A stretch of DNA of 53,037 nucleotides from a virus: the UHGV virus genome UHGV-0150124. The stretch is one strand, 5' to 3'. The position numbers and the translations under genes are program-made. Shown piece after piece: positions 37,546 to 46,222 of this stretch. Below the pieces are notes generated by a model, which searched no databases, was not told where the DNA came from, and saw only the letters and a list, made by a program, of their open reading frames with translations. Positions within the stretch are counted from its first letter, which is position 1. The number at the start of each line of letters is the position of its first letter.

Positions 37546-37729
37546 GAGTTTTTAAATAACCTCTTCTGAATGCTTTGATGTAAATTCCTAATCTCCTTAT
37601 ATGTTGAACGCCATCAATAAGACGTATTAAATAAATCGCTCCTTTTGCGTCAGATACAAATCTACACCCGAAACCAATGCCAACTAATTTTAGGCTATCA
37701 GGTATTCGATAATCAGTTTCTTGTTCCAT
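37535..37729 (-). CDS. Hypothetical protein
   Basis: 64-aa ORF. Confidence 0.35.
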   Translation of the reverse strand: MEQETDYRIPDSLKLVGIGFGCRFVSDAKGAIYLIRLIDGVQHIRRLGIYIKAFRRGYLKTHEI

Positions 37730-37827
37730 ACATTACCTCATATGGTATTCAATAAACCACCTGATAAACAGGCATAAGGCAATAAAACCCCAGAAACAGC
37801 ACATATAAAACAATGTATCGTCCATAA

Positions 37828-38103
37828 TTAAGCCTCAATAACACCGTAATCAAACGTGCCTAAATACCGTTCGATACTTACAACCTCAATACCATCAATA
37901 CACCGTTTCCACACAGACACCTGGCTTTCATTTTCTCTGAAGTGCATATTAGAAAGCACTTCATCGGCTGGATAGTCTTTCCCGGCGACGTAGGCATCGT
38001 GACCTACGCCACCTTCTACGCAATAAAGCATCAATTCGCGTTCCATTTTTGCTTCCTCCGCACCGTAAACCTTTTGATTTCGGCTTACAAAACGGATATG
38101 CAA
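37828..38103 (-). CDS. Hypothetical protein
   Basis: 91-aa ORF. Confidence 0.4.
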   Translation of the reverse strand: MHIRFVSRNQKVYGAEEAKMERELMLYCVEGGVGHDAYVAGKDYPADEVLSNMHFRENESQVSVWKRCIDGIEVVSIERYLGTFDYGVIEA

Positions 38104-38145
38104 TCACAATACAAAATGTATATTTATGTGATCGGAATTACTCTG

Positions 38146-38766
38146 TTAATGCAGTACACGTTTTCCCTGTTCAGGCGTCGGCTGTGCGTTTTTCCGTGCG
38201 TCATTAAGCACAGCGATAGCCGCCTGTACGCCGAAATCATTTGCACGCATATCATTGCCAACCATTTCACCGTAAAACAATGGCATGAGCGCTTTTACTT
38301 CTTCCTCTTTGTGGCCTTCCTCAATGCATTTCTGCAACATCTTAACCTCAAAGATATTTTTCATCAGGCCGCGCATAGAATGCAGTGAAACACTACCAAG
38401 CTGATCCTTGTTCAACGGGAAAATAACAGCACTTCCGAACGCGAGCGGATCAACCTCTTCCGGCACTGGTACGCGTCCGAATTCTTCCTCCATGCGCTTC
38501 ACAAAAGTAAGAGAGAATACATAACGCGCTACCGATGTTTTTTCTTCCATACTTAAAGACACGTAATCGCGGATTGACGCACCCATCACAATATCAACAA
38601 CCTGTAGCGCCAGATTCAAATCAGCGTCATACGCGCCAGCTTCCATATCTTTCAATACTTCGTGATAATCTTTAATTTCCACTTCGTGAAAGTTTGCATC
38701 ATCTGTATAGCGAGTGATCAACATACCTTCATTACCGAGAGAGTAAGCTGTTTTGATGTCGTTCAT
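38146..38766 (-). CDS. Hypothetical protein
   Basis: 206-aa ORF in the early-left block. Confidence 0.45.
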   Translation of the reverse strand: MNDIKTAYSLGNEGMLITRYTDDANFHEVEIKDYHEVLKDMEAGAYDADLNLALQVVDIVMGASIRDYVSLSMEEKTSVARYVFSLTFVKRMEEEFGRVPVPEEVDPLAFGSAVIFPLNKDQLGSVSLHSMRGLMKNIFEVKMLQKCIEEGHKEEEVKALMPLFYGEMVGNDMRANDFGVQAAIAVLNDARKNAQPTPEQGKRVLH

Positions 38767-38779
38767 GATATTTATCCTT

Positions 38780-39112
38780 TTATAGTGGGTGATGCCATTT
38801 CATTTCAGTTTCTGAATTAAACGGGTTTCCTTCGCTTGAAAGGAATAAATCACGCTCCCGTTTCAGTTCTTCCGGGCTTATTTCTATTTCATCAATCTGA
38901 CCGAACGATCCCGGCATCATTCGTTTTAAATCAGATAGCGGACGCATAAGGCCGCAGCCGCGTAACAGCATATCGACCGCGAATTGTCTACGTCCGCCAG
39001 CGTCATTGAAGCGCCGCGCCCAGGGCACAACCACGATCCGGCGTTCGAATTCGATAAATAGTGATAGCTTGTTTGTTTCGCTATCATATGCTTTATGGAA
39101 TTTAATTTTCAT
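38780..39112 (-). CDS. Hypothetical protein
   Basis: 110-aa ORF. Confidence 0.4.
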   Translation of the reverse strand: MKIKFHKAYDSETNKLSLFIEFERRIVVVPWARRFNDAGGRRQFAVDMLLRGCGLMRPLSDLKRMMPGSFGQIDEIEISPEELKRERDLFLSSEGNPFNSETEMKWHHPL

Positions 39113-39293
39113 TTAACACCTCAACATATTGTTCAAGATGCCATTGACCCACCTCATCATCTTCCTCGTCAAATAATGTTACCTGACCACCAGGCCCAAA
39201 AGAAAAGGCAGCTATGATAAATTTATACCCATACCACGTACGGATCTTTTCGCCGCCTTTTAAATCTTTAACTTTTACCAATTTTATAGCCAT
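39102..39293 (-). CDS. Hypothetical protein
   Basis: 63-aa ORF. Confidence 0.35.
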   Translation of the reverse strand: MAIKLVKVKDLKGGEKIRTWYGYKFIIAAFSFGPGGQVTLFDEEDDEVGQWHLEQYVEVLNEN

Positions 39294-39559
39294 ACGCCGA
39301 ACATCCCATTCAGTCCGGCGAACAATTTCCGCCAGTGGTCTTCAACATAAGCCCGGAACGGCTTAACGCGAACATTACGGGCCTTCAGTTCGATCTTGTC
39401 AAAGAAGCGCGGCTCTATAATTGTTCCGTCCAGATATTTAACCAGGATCGGACGCTCAAGATCGTTATATGTCTTATTCAGCACAACCAGACCAGGGTCT
39501 TTACGGTATTCCGGGAGCACGACCAGATCACCCGTTTTGATATTCATGAATGGCATCAC
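39284..39559 (-). CDS. Hypothetical protein
   Basis: 91-aa ORF. Confidence 0.4.
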   Translation of the reverse strand: MMPFMNIKTGDLVVLPEYRKDPGLVVLNKTYNDLERPILVKYLDGTIIEPRFFDKIELKARNVRVKPFRAYVEDHWRKLFAGLNGMFGVWL

Positions 39560-39672
39560 ATCACCCCGCCGATATAGCTAATAATTGCCGCAGTCGCGCC
39601 AGCTATTACCACCATGAAGACGAAAGCGACCACACAGAAAACAGCCTTGACAGTATTTTTGTCGACTCGCAT
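39556..39672 (-). CDS. Small hydrophobic peptide (~38 aa)
   Basis: Hand-translated MRVDKNTVKAVFCVVAFVFMVVIAGATAAIISYIGGVM. Confidence 0.3.
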   Translation of the reverse strand: MRVDKNTVKAVFCVVAFVFMVVIAGATAAIISYIGGVM

Positions 39673-39679
39673 ATAAACC

Positions 39680-39787
39680 TCACATGTCAGTAATCAGCTT
39701 AACAATCGCCACAGTGATATAGAGTGACGCACTAAGGTAAACAGCCGCCACAGCAACGGCGGCGGATAACATTGCAATCTTTTTCAT
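39680..39787 (-). CDS. Small hydrophobic peptide (~35 aa)
   Basis: Hand-translated MKKIAMLSAAVAVAAVYLSASLYITVAIVKLITDM; start overlaps stop of upstream gene. Confidence 0.3.
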   Translation of the reverse strand: MKKIAMLSAAVAVAAVYLSASLYITVAIVKLITDM

Positions 39788-40035
39788 TTGCCACCCTCCG
39801 CAATGAACTTATCAAGCCATTTGTTATTAGCCAGCCGTTCGGCATCTTCGCCAAATGATTTACGTTCGCTTAATTCCTTGCGCGTCGGGAAAGGCCATTT
39901 ATCGTGCCAGCCCGCCGACGTTTCGAATTCATAGTTACCGCCACCGAATTCGACAAATACATCACCATCGTCTGAGGTTTCCGCAGTCCCCTGAAAACCG
40001 CGCCCGTTATTTTCGCTTAATGTTGTAGCTGTCAT
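39784..40035 (-). CDS. Hypothetical protein
   Basis: 83-aa ORF. Confidence 0.4.
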   Translation of the reverse strand: MTATTLSENNGRGFQGTAETSDDGDVFVEFGGGNYEFETSAGWHDKWPFPTRKELSERKSFGEDAERLANNKWLDKFIAEGGK

Positions 40036-40047
40036 GGTAATACCTCA

Positions 40048-40326
40048 TTAATCGTTAATAACCTTGCCCATACGCCCGCGATATTTGCGCATTCGTGGAT
40101 CAACATATTCAGGCCACTGCATATCATCAGTTTTCTGTAGCGGGTAAGAACTCGCTCGCCAGTTGTCAAACCAGATTTGCTTCGCGTACAGGTCACTAAA
40201 TCTTTTCGCCATTCGATCCGCTGCCGTGCCGCATAAAAAAAGCCCGCGATCGATTTGATCGCGGGCTTCTTTTAATACTTGCTCTTTTGTTCGTGGTTGC
40301 GGTGGCGGTTTTAGATAATCACTCAT
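40048..40326 (-). CDS. Hypothetical protein
   Basis: Start taken at MSDYLK (track ORF extends into ssb). Confidence 0.4.
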   Translation of the reverse strand: MSDYLKPPPQPRTKEQVLKEARDQIDRGLFLCGTAADRMAKRFSDLYAKQIWFDNWRASSYPLQKTDDMQWPEYVDPRMRKYRGRMGKVIND

Positions 40327-40342
40327 CGCTAACACATTGATT

Positions 40343-40762
40343 CTAAAAAGGAATATCGTCGTCGAAGTCCATCGGAGGCGGATTATTCCCGTTATTATTC
40401 TGCTGCTGCGGCGGCGCTTTCTGCTGCTGTCCTTGCTGCTGGCCTTGTTGGTTAACATTCATGAATTCAAATTCATTAACCGCCACTTCTACCGCAGTCC
40501 CCTTCGTGCCGTCGTTCCGGTCATATTGCCGAACATCCAGGCGACCGCTTACCACTATTTTTCCACCCTTGCGGATATGTGGCGCTAATTTTTCCGCACG
40601 CTCACCAAATACCAGGCAAGTGATCCACATTGTCCGCTTGTTATCACCGTAGCCATTCGTTACAGCTAACGGAAAACTACCAATCGCTTTACCGTTTTGC
40701 GTGTAGCGAACTTCCATGTCGTTTCCGATATTCCCGCCCAGCGTAATTGAATTCAAACTCAT
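40343..40762 (-). CDS. ssb: Single-stranded DNA-binding protein
   Basis: 139 aa, OB-fold-like N-terminal region, Gln/Pro-rich linker, C-terminal acidic tip DFDDDIPF. Confidence 0.9.
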   Translation of the reverse strand: MSLNSITLGGNIGNDMEVRYTQNGKAIGSFPLAVTNGYGDNKRTMWITCLVFGERAEKLAPHIRKGGKIVVSGRLDVRQYDRNDGTKGTAVEVAVNEFEFMNVNQQGQQQGQQQKAPPQQQNNNGNNPPPMDFDDDIPF

Positions 40763-41406
40763 TAACCCATCTCCCCGTTAAGCTCTGCGACCCGGATGTC
40801 ATAAACATCTTTTGCCTTGATTCGATGTTCCGATCCTTCCGGTAGTAATTTCCAGCATTTGCCAAATATTTCACGCAGCTTGTTAGCGTCCTGCGCTTTC
40901 GCTGCTGCATCACAGAAACGTGCTAATACTTCATCAGGATTTGGCGGCGCTTTCTTCTGCTGCGGTTGTTGTTTTGGTGGGTTTTTCTGTTGTCGCGGCT
41001 GCTGGCCTGTCTGCTTCGCGTAAGCATCAGTATCAGGATCGCGAGCATCATCTATACAGAATAAACCGTTCAAAGCATATTTACGCGCGTAACTTGATGT
41101 TGCTCCTGTTAGCTGGCTGGCGTCCATACCCTTCTTGTTTTCTTCCTCCCTGGCATAAGCAGTTACCGCTATTACGTCTTCACCGTCGCTTAGCGTCGCC
41201 GTTGCTTTCACATAATAGCGATTGCCGATCAGGACAATTTCATCACTAACAGTCAGCGTGATATTTTGAAGCAGTGGTTTAACCGCCTCTAAAATATCCT
41301 CCGCCGACCTGTAATTATATCCACCAAAATTATTACGCTGATTTTTCGGCGCGTTCAGCGTTTGCTGAATCGTCCATAGCTTTTTATGTAACTCTGTTTT
41401 CACCAT
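40762..41406 (-). CDS. erf: Erf-family single-strand annealing protein
   Basis: LNAPKNQRNNFGGYNYRSAEDILEAVKPLL...DEIVLIGNRYYVKATATLSDGE...AREEENKKGMDASQLTGATSSYARKYALNGLF matches P22 Erf by eye. Confidence 0.85.
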   Translation of the reverse strand: MVKTELHKKLWTIQQTLNAPKNQRNNFGGYNYRSAEDILEAVKPLLQNITLTVSDEIVLIGNRYYVKATATLSDGEDVIAVTAYAREEENKKGMDASQLTGATSSYARKYALNGLFCIDDARDPDTDAYAKQTGQQPRQQKNPPKQQPQQKKAPPNPDEVLARFCDAAAKAQDANKLREIFGKCWKLLPEGSEHRIKAKDVYDIRVAELNGEMG

Positions 41407-41552
41407 TTAATCTCCCGTGCTGTTAACACTATGTATAAGGCTTTATTCGCGGCGCTCCACATTTCGGCATCGTGAAGCATTTCCGCTACTGCCAGTTTGA
41501 ATTGAAGCGCCTGAATAACCATAATGTCACCTCCGGATGTTTACATTTTGTA

Positions 41553-41843
41553 TTAATGGTAGCGGACTTTATCCAGGGGTTTTTCCCCTAAATGGCGTGG
41601 TTGCGTTGCGTGGTAGTAGCTGCCGCTTTCATTTTCCGTATACCATTTTACTGATCCTTTGCGACGTTCTTTAATGCTATTTGGTTTGCATCTTTCCTCG
41701 TTTGCAAATCGAATAGCTTTATCCACATTGTCTGTTTTATTGATTGCAGGTGATGATTTTCTTTCGTTTTCTCTTTTTATCCTTCTGCGTTCCCTGGCAT
41801 TCATTTTGCTATCACATTTACCATATATAATTGTAACGCTCAT
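41553..41843 (-). CDS. N-like transcription antiterminator
   Basis: N-terminus MSVTIIYGK...NARERRRIKRENER is an arginine-rich motif resembling P22 gp24 / lambda N; first gene leftward of the repressor. Confidence 0.65.
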   Translation of the reverse strand: MSVTIIYGKCDSKMNARERRRIKRENERKSSPAINKTDNVDKAIRFANEERCKPNSIKERRKGSVKWYTENESGSYYHATQPRHLGEKPLDKVRYH

Positions 41844-41898
41844 AATCTGATCTCCGTATATCCTTGATGATACTTAATAAAAAATCATCTTCGTTAAT

Positions 41899-41938
41899 TG
41901 CCGCACTTCCAGCGGCTGACCAGATTGTTAATGAGCGG
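41899..41938 (-). promoter_or_regulatory. Candidate nutL (boxA CGCTCATTA plus boxB hairpin GCCGC-UGGAAGU-GCGGC)
   Basis: Read on minus strand 56-95 nt upstream of the N-like start. Confidence 0.4.
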
Positions 41939-42310
41939 CTTAACATCTTTCAACTAATCCCGCAATCATCGCCGTTCCCGGCGTGACCTTGCTCACTCCA
42001 AGCAAGCTGACTCGTCGCCTTGCGTGCGGTTTCGTGGGGGATGTAACGCTTTAAACACCCCATGCGCCTTGTTATCAGTGCCGCTTTCGGTCCCCCATCG
42101 GGGAGTTACTCCACGGTTGACAAGGTGTTAAGCCTGATTTTTAAAGTGCCAGGAAGTTGCTTTTGTTACCTGCGCCCTTCCTTTGACTCGCAATATACGC
42201 CCCGTAAAACATCGAGTCAATCCATTTTGTATACTTTTTTAAAATATTTTATATGCCATTGATATTTAAATAATAAATAACGTTTTCTGTTTACGTTTTG
42301 GTGTTTTCCA

Positions 42311-42337
42311 GGCAAAGAAAAGCCGCCATTCGGCGGC
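42311..42337 (-). terminator. Intrinsic terminator downstream of the repressor gene
   Basis: On minus strand: hairpin GCCGCC-GAAT-GGCGGC followed by TTTTCTTTG. Confidence 0.55.
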
Positions 42338-42343
42338 TAATGT

Positions 42344-42991
42344 TTATGGCAGGTTTACGATCTTCGCATCAACCACCACGCCTATAATTTTTGATTCTGG
42401 ATTCATAGGGATTGGCGGATACAGCGGATTGAGCGAACGTAAAAGCCTTTGACCTCCATCAATAATCAACTGTTTAAACGTCGGTATCTGCCCTTCCTCA
42501 AGCTGGGCTATAACCAGTTTGCCGTCAATAGCTGGCGCGTGCGGGTCCACAAGTATCATCGTCCCCGCCGGGATGCTCAACCCCTGCGGCGCGTTCATTG
42601 ATTCACCTTTGGCAACCAGCCAGTAACTGTCATCTGAACAAATAACGCTAGTCGTAACGTGTCGTAATGCTGAACGCCTTGCGTCATCCATATTGTTTAC
42701 TGTGTCCTTCCAGTCAATAACCGGGTAACTACCTAAATCACGCGGCGGCACGGCCTGAAGTGTATTAGAAACAGAATCATCAATGACCATGCCATCATGT
42801 GTAACAGTAAACTGCCGACGACCAAGCTCGCGCATAATCCGCGCAATATCTTCAAGATTTGGCTCTCGGCGACCGTTCAGCCAGTGTGACAGGCCGCCTT
42901 TAGTTATCCCCATACGATCCGCGAGCGAATCCTGGCTCATGCCCTGCGCCCGCATGAGCTGCTTTGCTAAGTCATACCATTTTGTTTTCAT
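42344..42991 (-). CDS. cI: cI-type repressor (HTH plus LexA/S24 autopeptidase domain)
   Basis: 215 aa; N-terminal HTH (QDSLADRMGITKGGLSHWLNG); C-terminal S24-like domain with GESM serine and downstream Lys. Confidence 0.85.
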   Translation of the reverse strand: MKTKWYDLAKQLMRAQGMSQDSLADRMGITKGGLSHWLNGRREPNLEDIARIMRELGRRQFTVTHDGMVIDDSVSNTLQAVPPRDLGSYPVIDWKDTVNNMDDARRSALRHVTTSVICSDDSYWLVAKGESMNAPQGLSIPAGTMILVDPHAPAIDGKLVIAQLEEGQIPTFKQLIIDGGQRLLRSLNPLYPPIPMNPESKIIGVVVDAKIVNLP

Positions 42992-43296
42992 GTCGCTACC
43001 CTATAACCTCAAAAAGTTTGATGCAAGTCACAAAACGTGTATTTTAAGCCTTGATCTTAAAATTCCATTTTGTAAACTTGCAGACAAGGTAAGGCCATAC
43101 TTGCAAAGACGCAAGGAAAAAGATAACGGAAGGCACAAAAAGGCACTTACCTTATGCTCTTTAAAAATCCGGTGTCGCTGCGAAGCGAAAAACAAATATC
43201 ACGCAACGGCGGGATCTGTTGAGCGGTCAGTCACTGCTATCTAATGCTAATGGGATGCCCGCCCGCGCGTTCACTCTAACCATAGGAGAAAATGCG
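42992..43296. promoter_or_regulatory. Immunity-region intergenic control region (candidate operators and rightward promoter)
   Basis: 305-bp gap with repeated CTTGCA / TGCAAG half-sites and palindrome CTTGCAAAGACGCAAG; no Cro-like ORF found. Confidence 0.4.
43153..43190 (+). promoter_or_regulatory. Candidate nutR (boxA-like TGCTCTTTAA plus boxB-like CGCU-GCGA-AGCG)
   Basis: Resembles the nutL candidate (CGCUG.GAAG core). Confidence 0.35.
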
Positions 43297-43554
43297 ATGA
43301 GTATAAACATGATTAGTAAAGCATGGAACGTAAAACTTAATAGCCCGACTCAAAAACTTGTCTTAATGGCTCTGGCTGAAAAGGCAGATAACAAAGGACG
43401 GGTACATGATGCATCACGCAAAGAAGTAGCCGCAATGTGTGAACTTCCTGTTCATACGGTACATGATGCCTTCGCCGCGTTAATGGATAAAGGATTTGTT
43501 TGTCGTCTTGATGCATTCAGTGATGTCTATGTAGTGATGTTGCCGGAGGGATGA
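43297..43554 (+). CDS. Winged-helix DNA-binding protein, first gene of the rightward operon
   Basis: Start at MSINMISKAWN after AGGAG; KLVLMALAEKADNKGRV...EVAAMCELPVHTVHDAFAALMDKGFV. Confidence 0.45.
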   Translation: MSINMISKAWNVKLNSPTQKLVLMALAEKADNKGRVHDASRKEVAAMCELPVHTVHDAFAALMDKGFVCRLDAFSDVYVVMLPEG

Positions 43555-43557
43555 TCT

Positions 43558-44604
43558 ATGAAGTGGTTTAAGCATGACAGCGATGCGAACCGCGATGAAA
43601 AACTTCAAAACGTTTTGTTAGATTATGGCCTGGAAGGGTACGGGCTTTATTGGTATTGCCTCGAACTAATAACTTATGACGTAGATCAGCACAATCTGAC
43701 TTTTGACCTACGACATGACGCGAGAATCATTGCTCGAAACGTCGGATCTACTGAAAAACGTATAGAAGAAATGATGAAATACTTCATCGAAATTGGTTTG
43801 TTTGAATGTTCTCAAGGCCACATAACTTGTTTAAAGTTATTGAAAAGGCTGGACCAATCAATGACTTCTAAAAGCGCTTACAGGGCCGCCATAAACACAG
43901 CGAAGGAACAATTAAAATTAGAAAAGTTAATCAATCCAACACAAAAAGGTCATGATAGGGTCATGACCGGGTCAGGAAAGGGTCATGAATTAGAAGTAGA
44001 AAAAGAAAGAGAAAAAGATATATACACTTCGTGTATTGTCGAAAATGAACAAAAAATGGTCAATCAGGATGGCGTAAACGAAGCGGCATTGCGTTGCCTT
44101 GCCTTCTACAACGACAAGGCAGGATGCAAATGTCGTGATGCTAAGCCATTCGTAGAACTACTGACAGAAACAAAAACATGTAAAGCGTATACGGAGAATG
44201 AGATCACGTTAGTAATTGAGTGGGCTTTAACCCAATGGCGTAGCCGTGGTGGAGTACCTAAGCCTATCAACATTTGCCGGGTAACTAGGTTTGATGGGTA
44301 TTTGGCTGATGCTGAACAATGGCGCAAGCTATCAGCCACTGTAAACGCTGCCGACGTGGTGGAAGCATTTAACAGCACGTTTGACGGCCTGTTACCACCT
44401 GCCGAACTGGATCGGGATCTTGAACGCAAGATCTATGCGTTCACTGACTACCTGAAAGACAAAAGCATTAACGGCTTTGTCGCCTACTTCGAAAAGTTCA
44501 AAAACACGGCTTCAGATTTTTACTTTGGCAATGGCTTCACTGCGACACTTGATTTTCTGCTTAAACCAAAAACGCTACGTGATACGCGCGCTGGCGTTCT
44601 TTGA
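43558..44604 (+). CDS. Phage replication initiation / replisome organiser protein
   Basis: 348 aa; N-terminus MKWFKHDSDANRDEKLQNVLLDYGLEGYGLYWYCLELI resembles the Lin1244-type replisome organiser N-domain (by eye). Confidence 0.55.
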   Translation: MKWFKHDSDANRDEKLQNVLLDYGLEGYGLYWYCLELITYDVDQHNLTFDLRHDARIIARNVGSTEKRIEEMMKYFIEIGLFECSQGHITCLKLLKRLDQSMTSKSAYRAAINTAKEQLKLEKLINPTQKGHDRVMTGSGKGHELEVEKEREKDIYTSCIVENEQKMVNQDGVNEAALRCLAFYNDKAGCKCRDAKPFVELLTETKTCKAYTENEITLVIEWALTQWRSRGGVPKPINICRVTRFDGYLADAEQWRKLSATVNAADVVEAFNSTFDGLLPPAELDRDLERKIYAFTDYLKDKSINGFVAYFEKFKNTASDFYFGNGFTATLDFLLKPKTLRDTRAGVL

Positions 44605-44989
44605 CCAATCACGATCCGCAAAAATCCAAAATTACCCACAAAACAACCTCACCAGCGAGCTAAATAGCATGTGGTGCTAACTTGCTTGCCTTTTTGCGAT
44701 TAGCTCGTTAGAGAGCGTTACAGAGAGGATTTTAAAATGGACGGTAAACGCATGTTCGCCCTGGCTTTCGCGATCGCGATGGCTATCGCTGTTAACGTCG
44801 CCTTGTTCGGCGGTTTGTATCTGCTAGTTAATCCATAACCTACCTACCAGTCTGTAAATCGAAAATTAGCCACCTGATAGCGCCTCTAGCGCAATAAGAC
44901 ACTGCAACCTGTAAACGGGTTACGCGGTGGGATTTTTGCGTTGTAGCTCGTCTGAGGCGTTATATAGAAAATTAATAAAGGAGGTATAT

Positions 44990-46045
44990 ATGATTGCTAC
45001 TTATCATATGAAACTCAATTGTAAGGACACGCAATTACTGTCTGTTAATAATCTGGTTTCTGAACTTGAAATTGATAGACTTAAATCATTTGTTAAATAC
45101 TCTGATCTTTACGGATTTGAGGAATACAAGGATTTTATTGTTGATGGCGATGATGTGTATATCACACCCATAACGTTTATTAGATTCGTTACACCTGGTA
45201 AATATAGACATTATGAATATAATGAAAAATGGGTTAAGCCAGTTATTGAATCTTGTGGATTAGTTGACTTGCAAGATATCTTTAATAAATATTCAAATAA
45301 CACCAAAAAAGATAGTCCTTATGCTTATAATTATATTTTATGGTGTAATAATTATGTTGAAACGAGTGATACTCCTGGGCGATGTTCTGTGTATGTGTCA
45401 AAAGAAGATGCTGAAAAGTACAAAAAATGGTTGTTCGTCACTCGCGGAGTATCAATAGAAAAACTATGGGTAAGGTTGTTCCATTCAAGCGATATTGCAG
45501 ATCCAGATGCGTTTTTAACTGAACACCTCAATAATGATGAGTTTACCATTGATTTAAATATTGAATATTTTATAGTTAAAACAAATTATGGGTATGAAAG
45601 ATATATTAGCGATAAGATGGCAGAAAAGTATCATGCATGGGGTGAAAATAAAGGTCTTAATAATAATTTTGAATGCGGGAATTATAACGACATAGAAAAC
45701 TTTATTGAATTAAAAAGCGATAAAAATGTAATTGAAGAAATAAAAAAGGAGTGCGACTCGAAATTATCAGAAATGAGAGATAATTGTAAAAATATGATTA
45801 GGAAGCGTTATGAACATGCTGGCTTAACTATGTATGAAAAACTAAAAGGAGTTAAATTAATAAGGCAATATCCTGTTGATGTTGCTGGCAATAAGTATTT
45901 TATTGATGGCTACGATCCTGTGAATAACGTTGCTGTAGAAATTGATGAGTCACATCACAAACGGCAAGTAAAAAGCGATGCGATAAGACAAAAACGCATT
46001 GAAGATTATTTGGGGTGCAAGTTTTTCCGTTGTGCTATATCCTAA
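44990..46045 (+). CDS. AT-rich moron: protein with C-terminal DUF559 / Vsr-like PD-(D/E)xK nuclease-type domain
   Basis: ATG at 44990 after AAGGAGG; visibly AT-rich; C-terminus LIRQYPVDVAGNKYFIDGYDPVNNVAVEIDESHHKRQVKSDAIRQKRIEDYLGCKFFRC fits the DUF559 pattern. Confidence 0.5.
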   Translation: MIATYHMKLNCKDTQLLSVNNLVSELEIDRLKSFVKYSDLYGFEEYKDFIVDGDDVYITPITFIRFVTPGKYRHYEYNEKWVKPVIESCGLVDLQDIFNKYSNNTKKDSPYAYNYILWCNNYVETSDTPGRCSVYVSKEDAEKYKKWLFVTRGVSIEKLWVRLFHSSDIADPDAFLTEHLNNDEFTIDLNIEYFIVKTNYGYERYISDKMAEKYHAWGENKGLNNNFECGNYNDIENFIELKSDKNVIEEIKKECDSKLSEMRDNCKNMIRKRYEHAGLTMYEKLKGVKLIRQYPVDVAGNKYFIDGYDPVNNVAVEIDESHHKRQVKSDAIRQKRIEDYLGCKFFRCAIS

Positions 46046-46222
46046 TGTATACAAATTGTAAACCGTAATGTATACGATTAGTTATTCATTAAGTGGTTAT
46101 TTCAATTTGCATAAGTTGTTGATTAACCCTACTGGCATTTTTTGACACCGTGAAATCCATGTTAATAAAAATTAGTTATTTATGAATAAATACTCATTCC
46201 GCGAACCGGGGGTAATAACGTT

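Noticed and set aside
42783-43244. 153-aa plus-strand ORF overlapping the repressor gene and the immunity intergenic region
   Set aside because: Antisense to the well-supported cI-like gene; Cro would be expected to be a short HTH protein, which this is not
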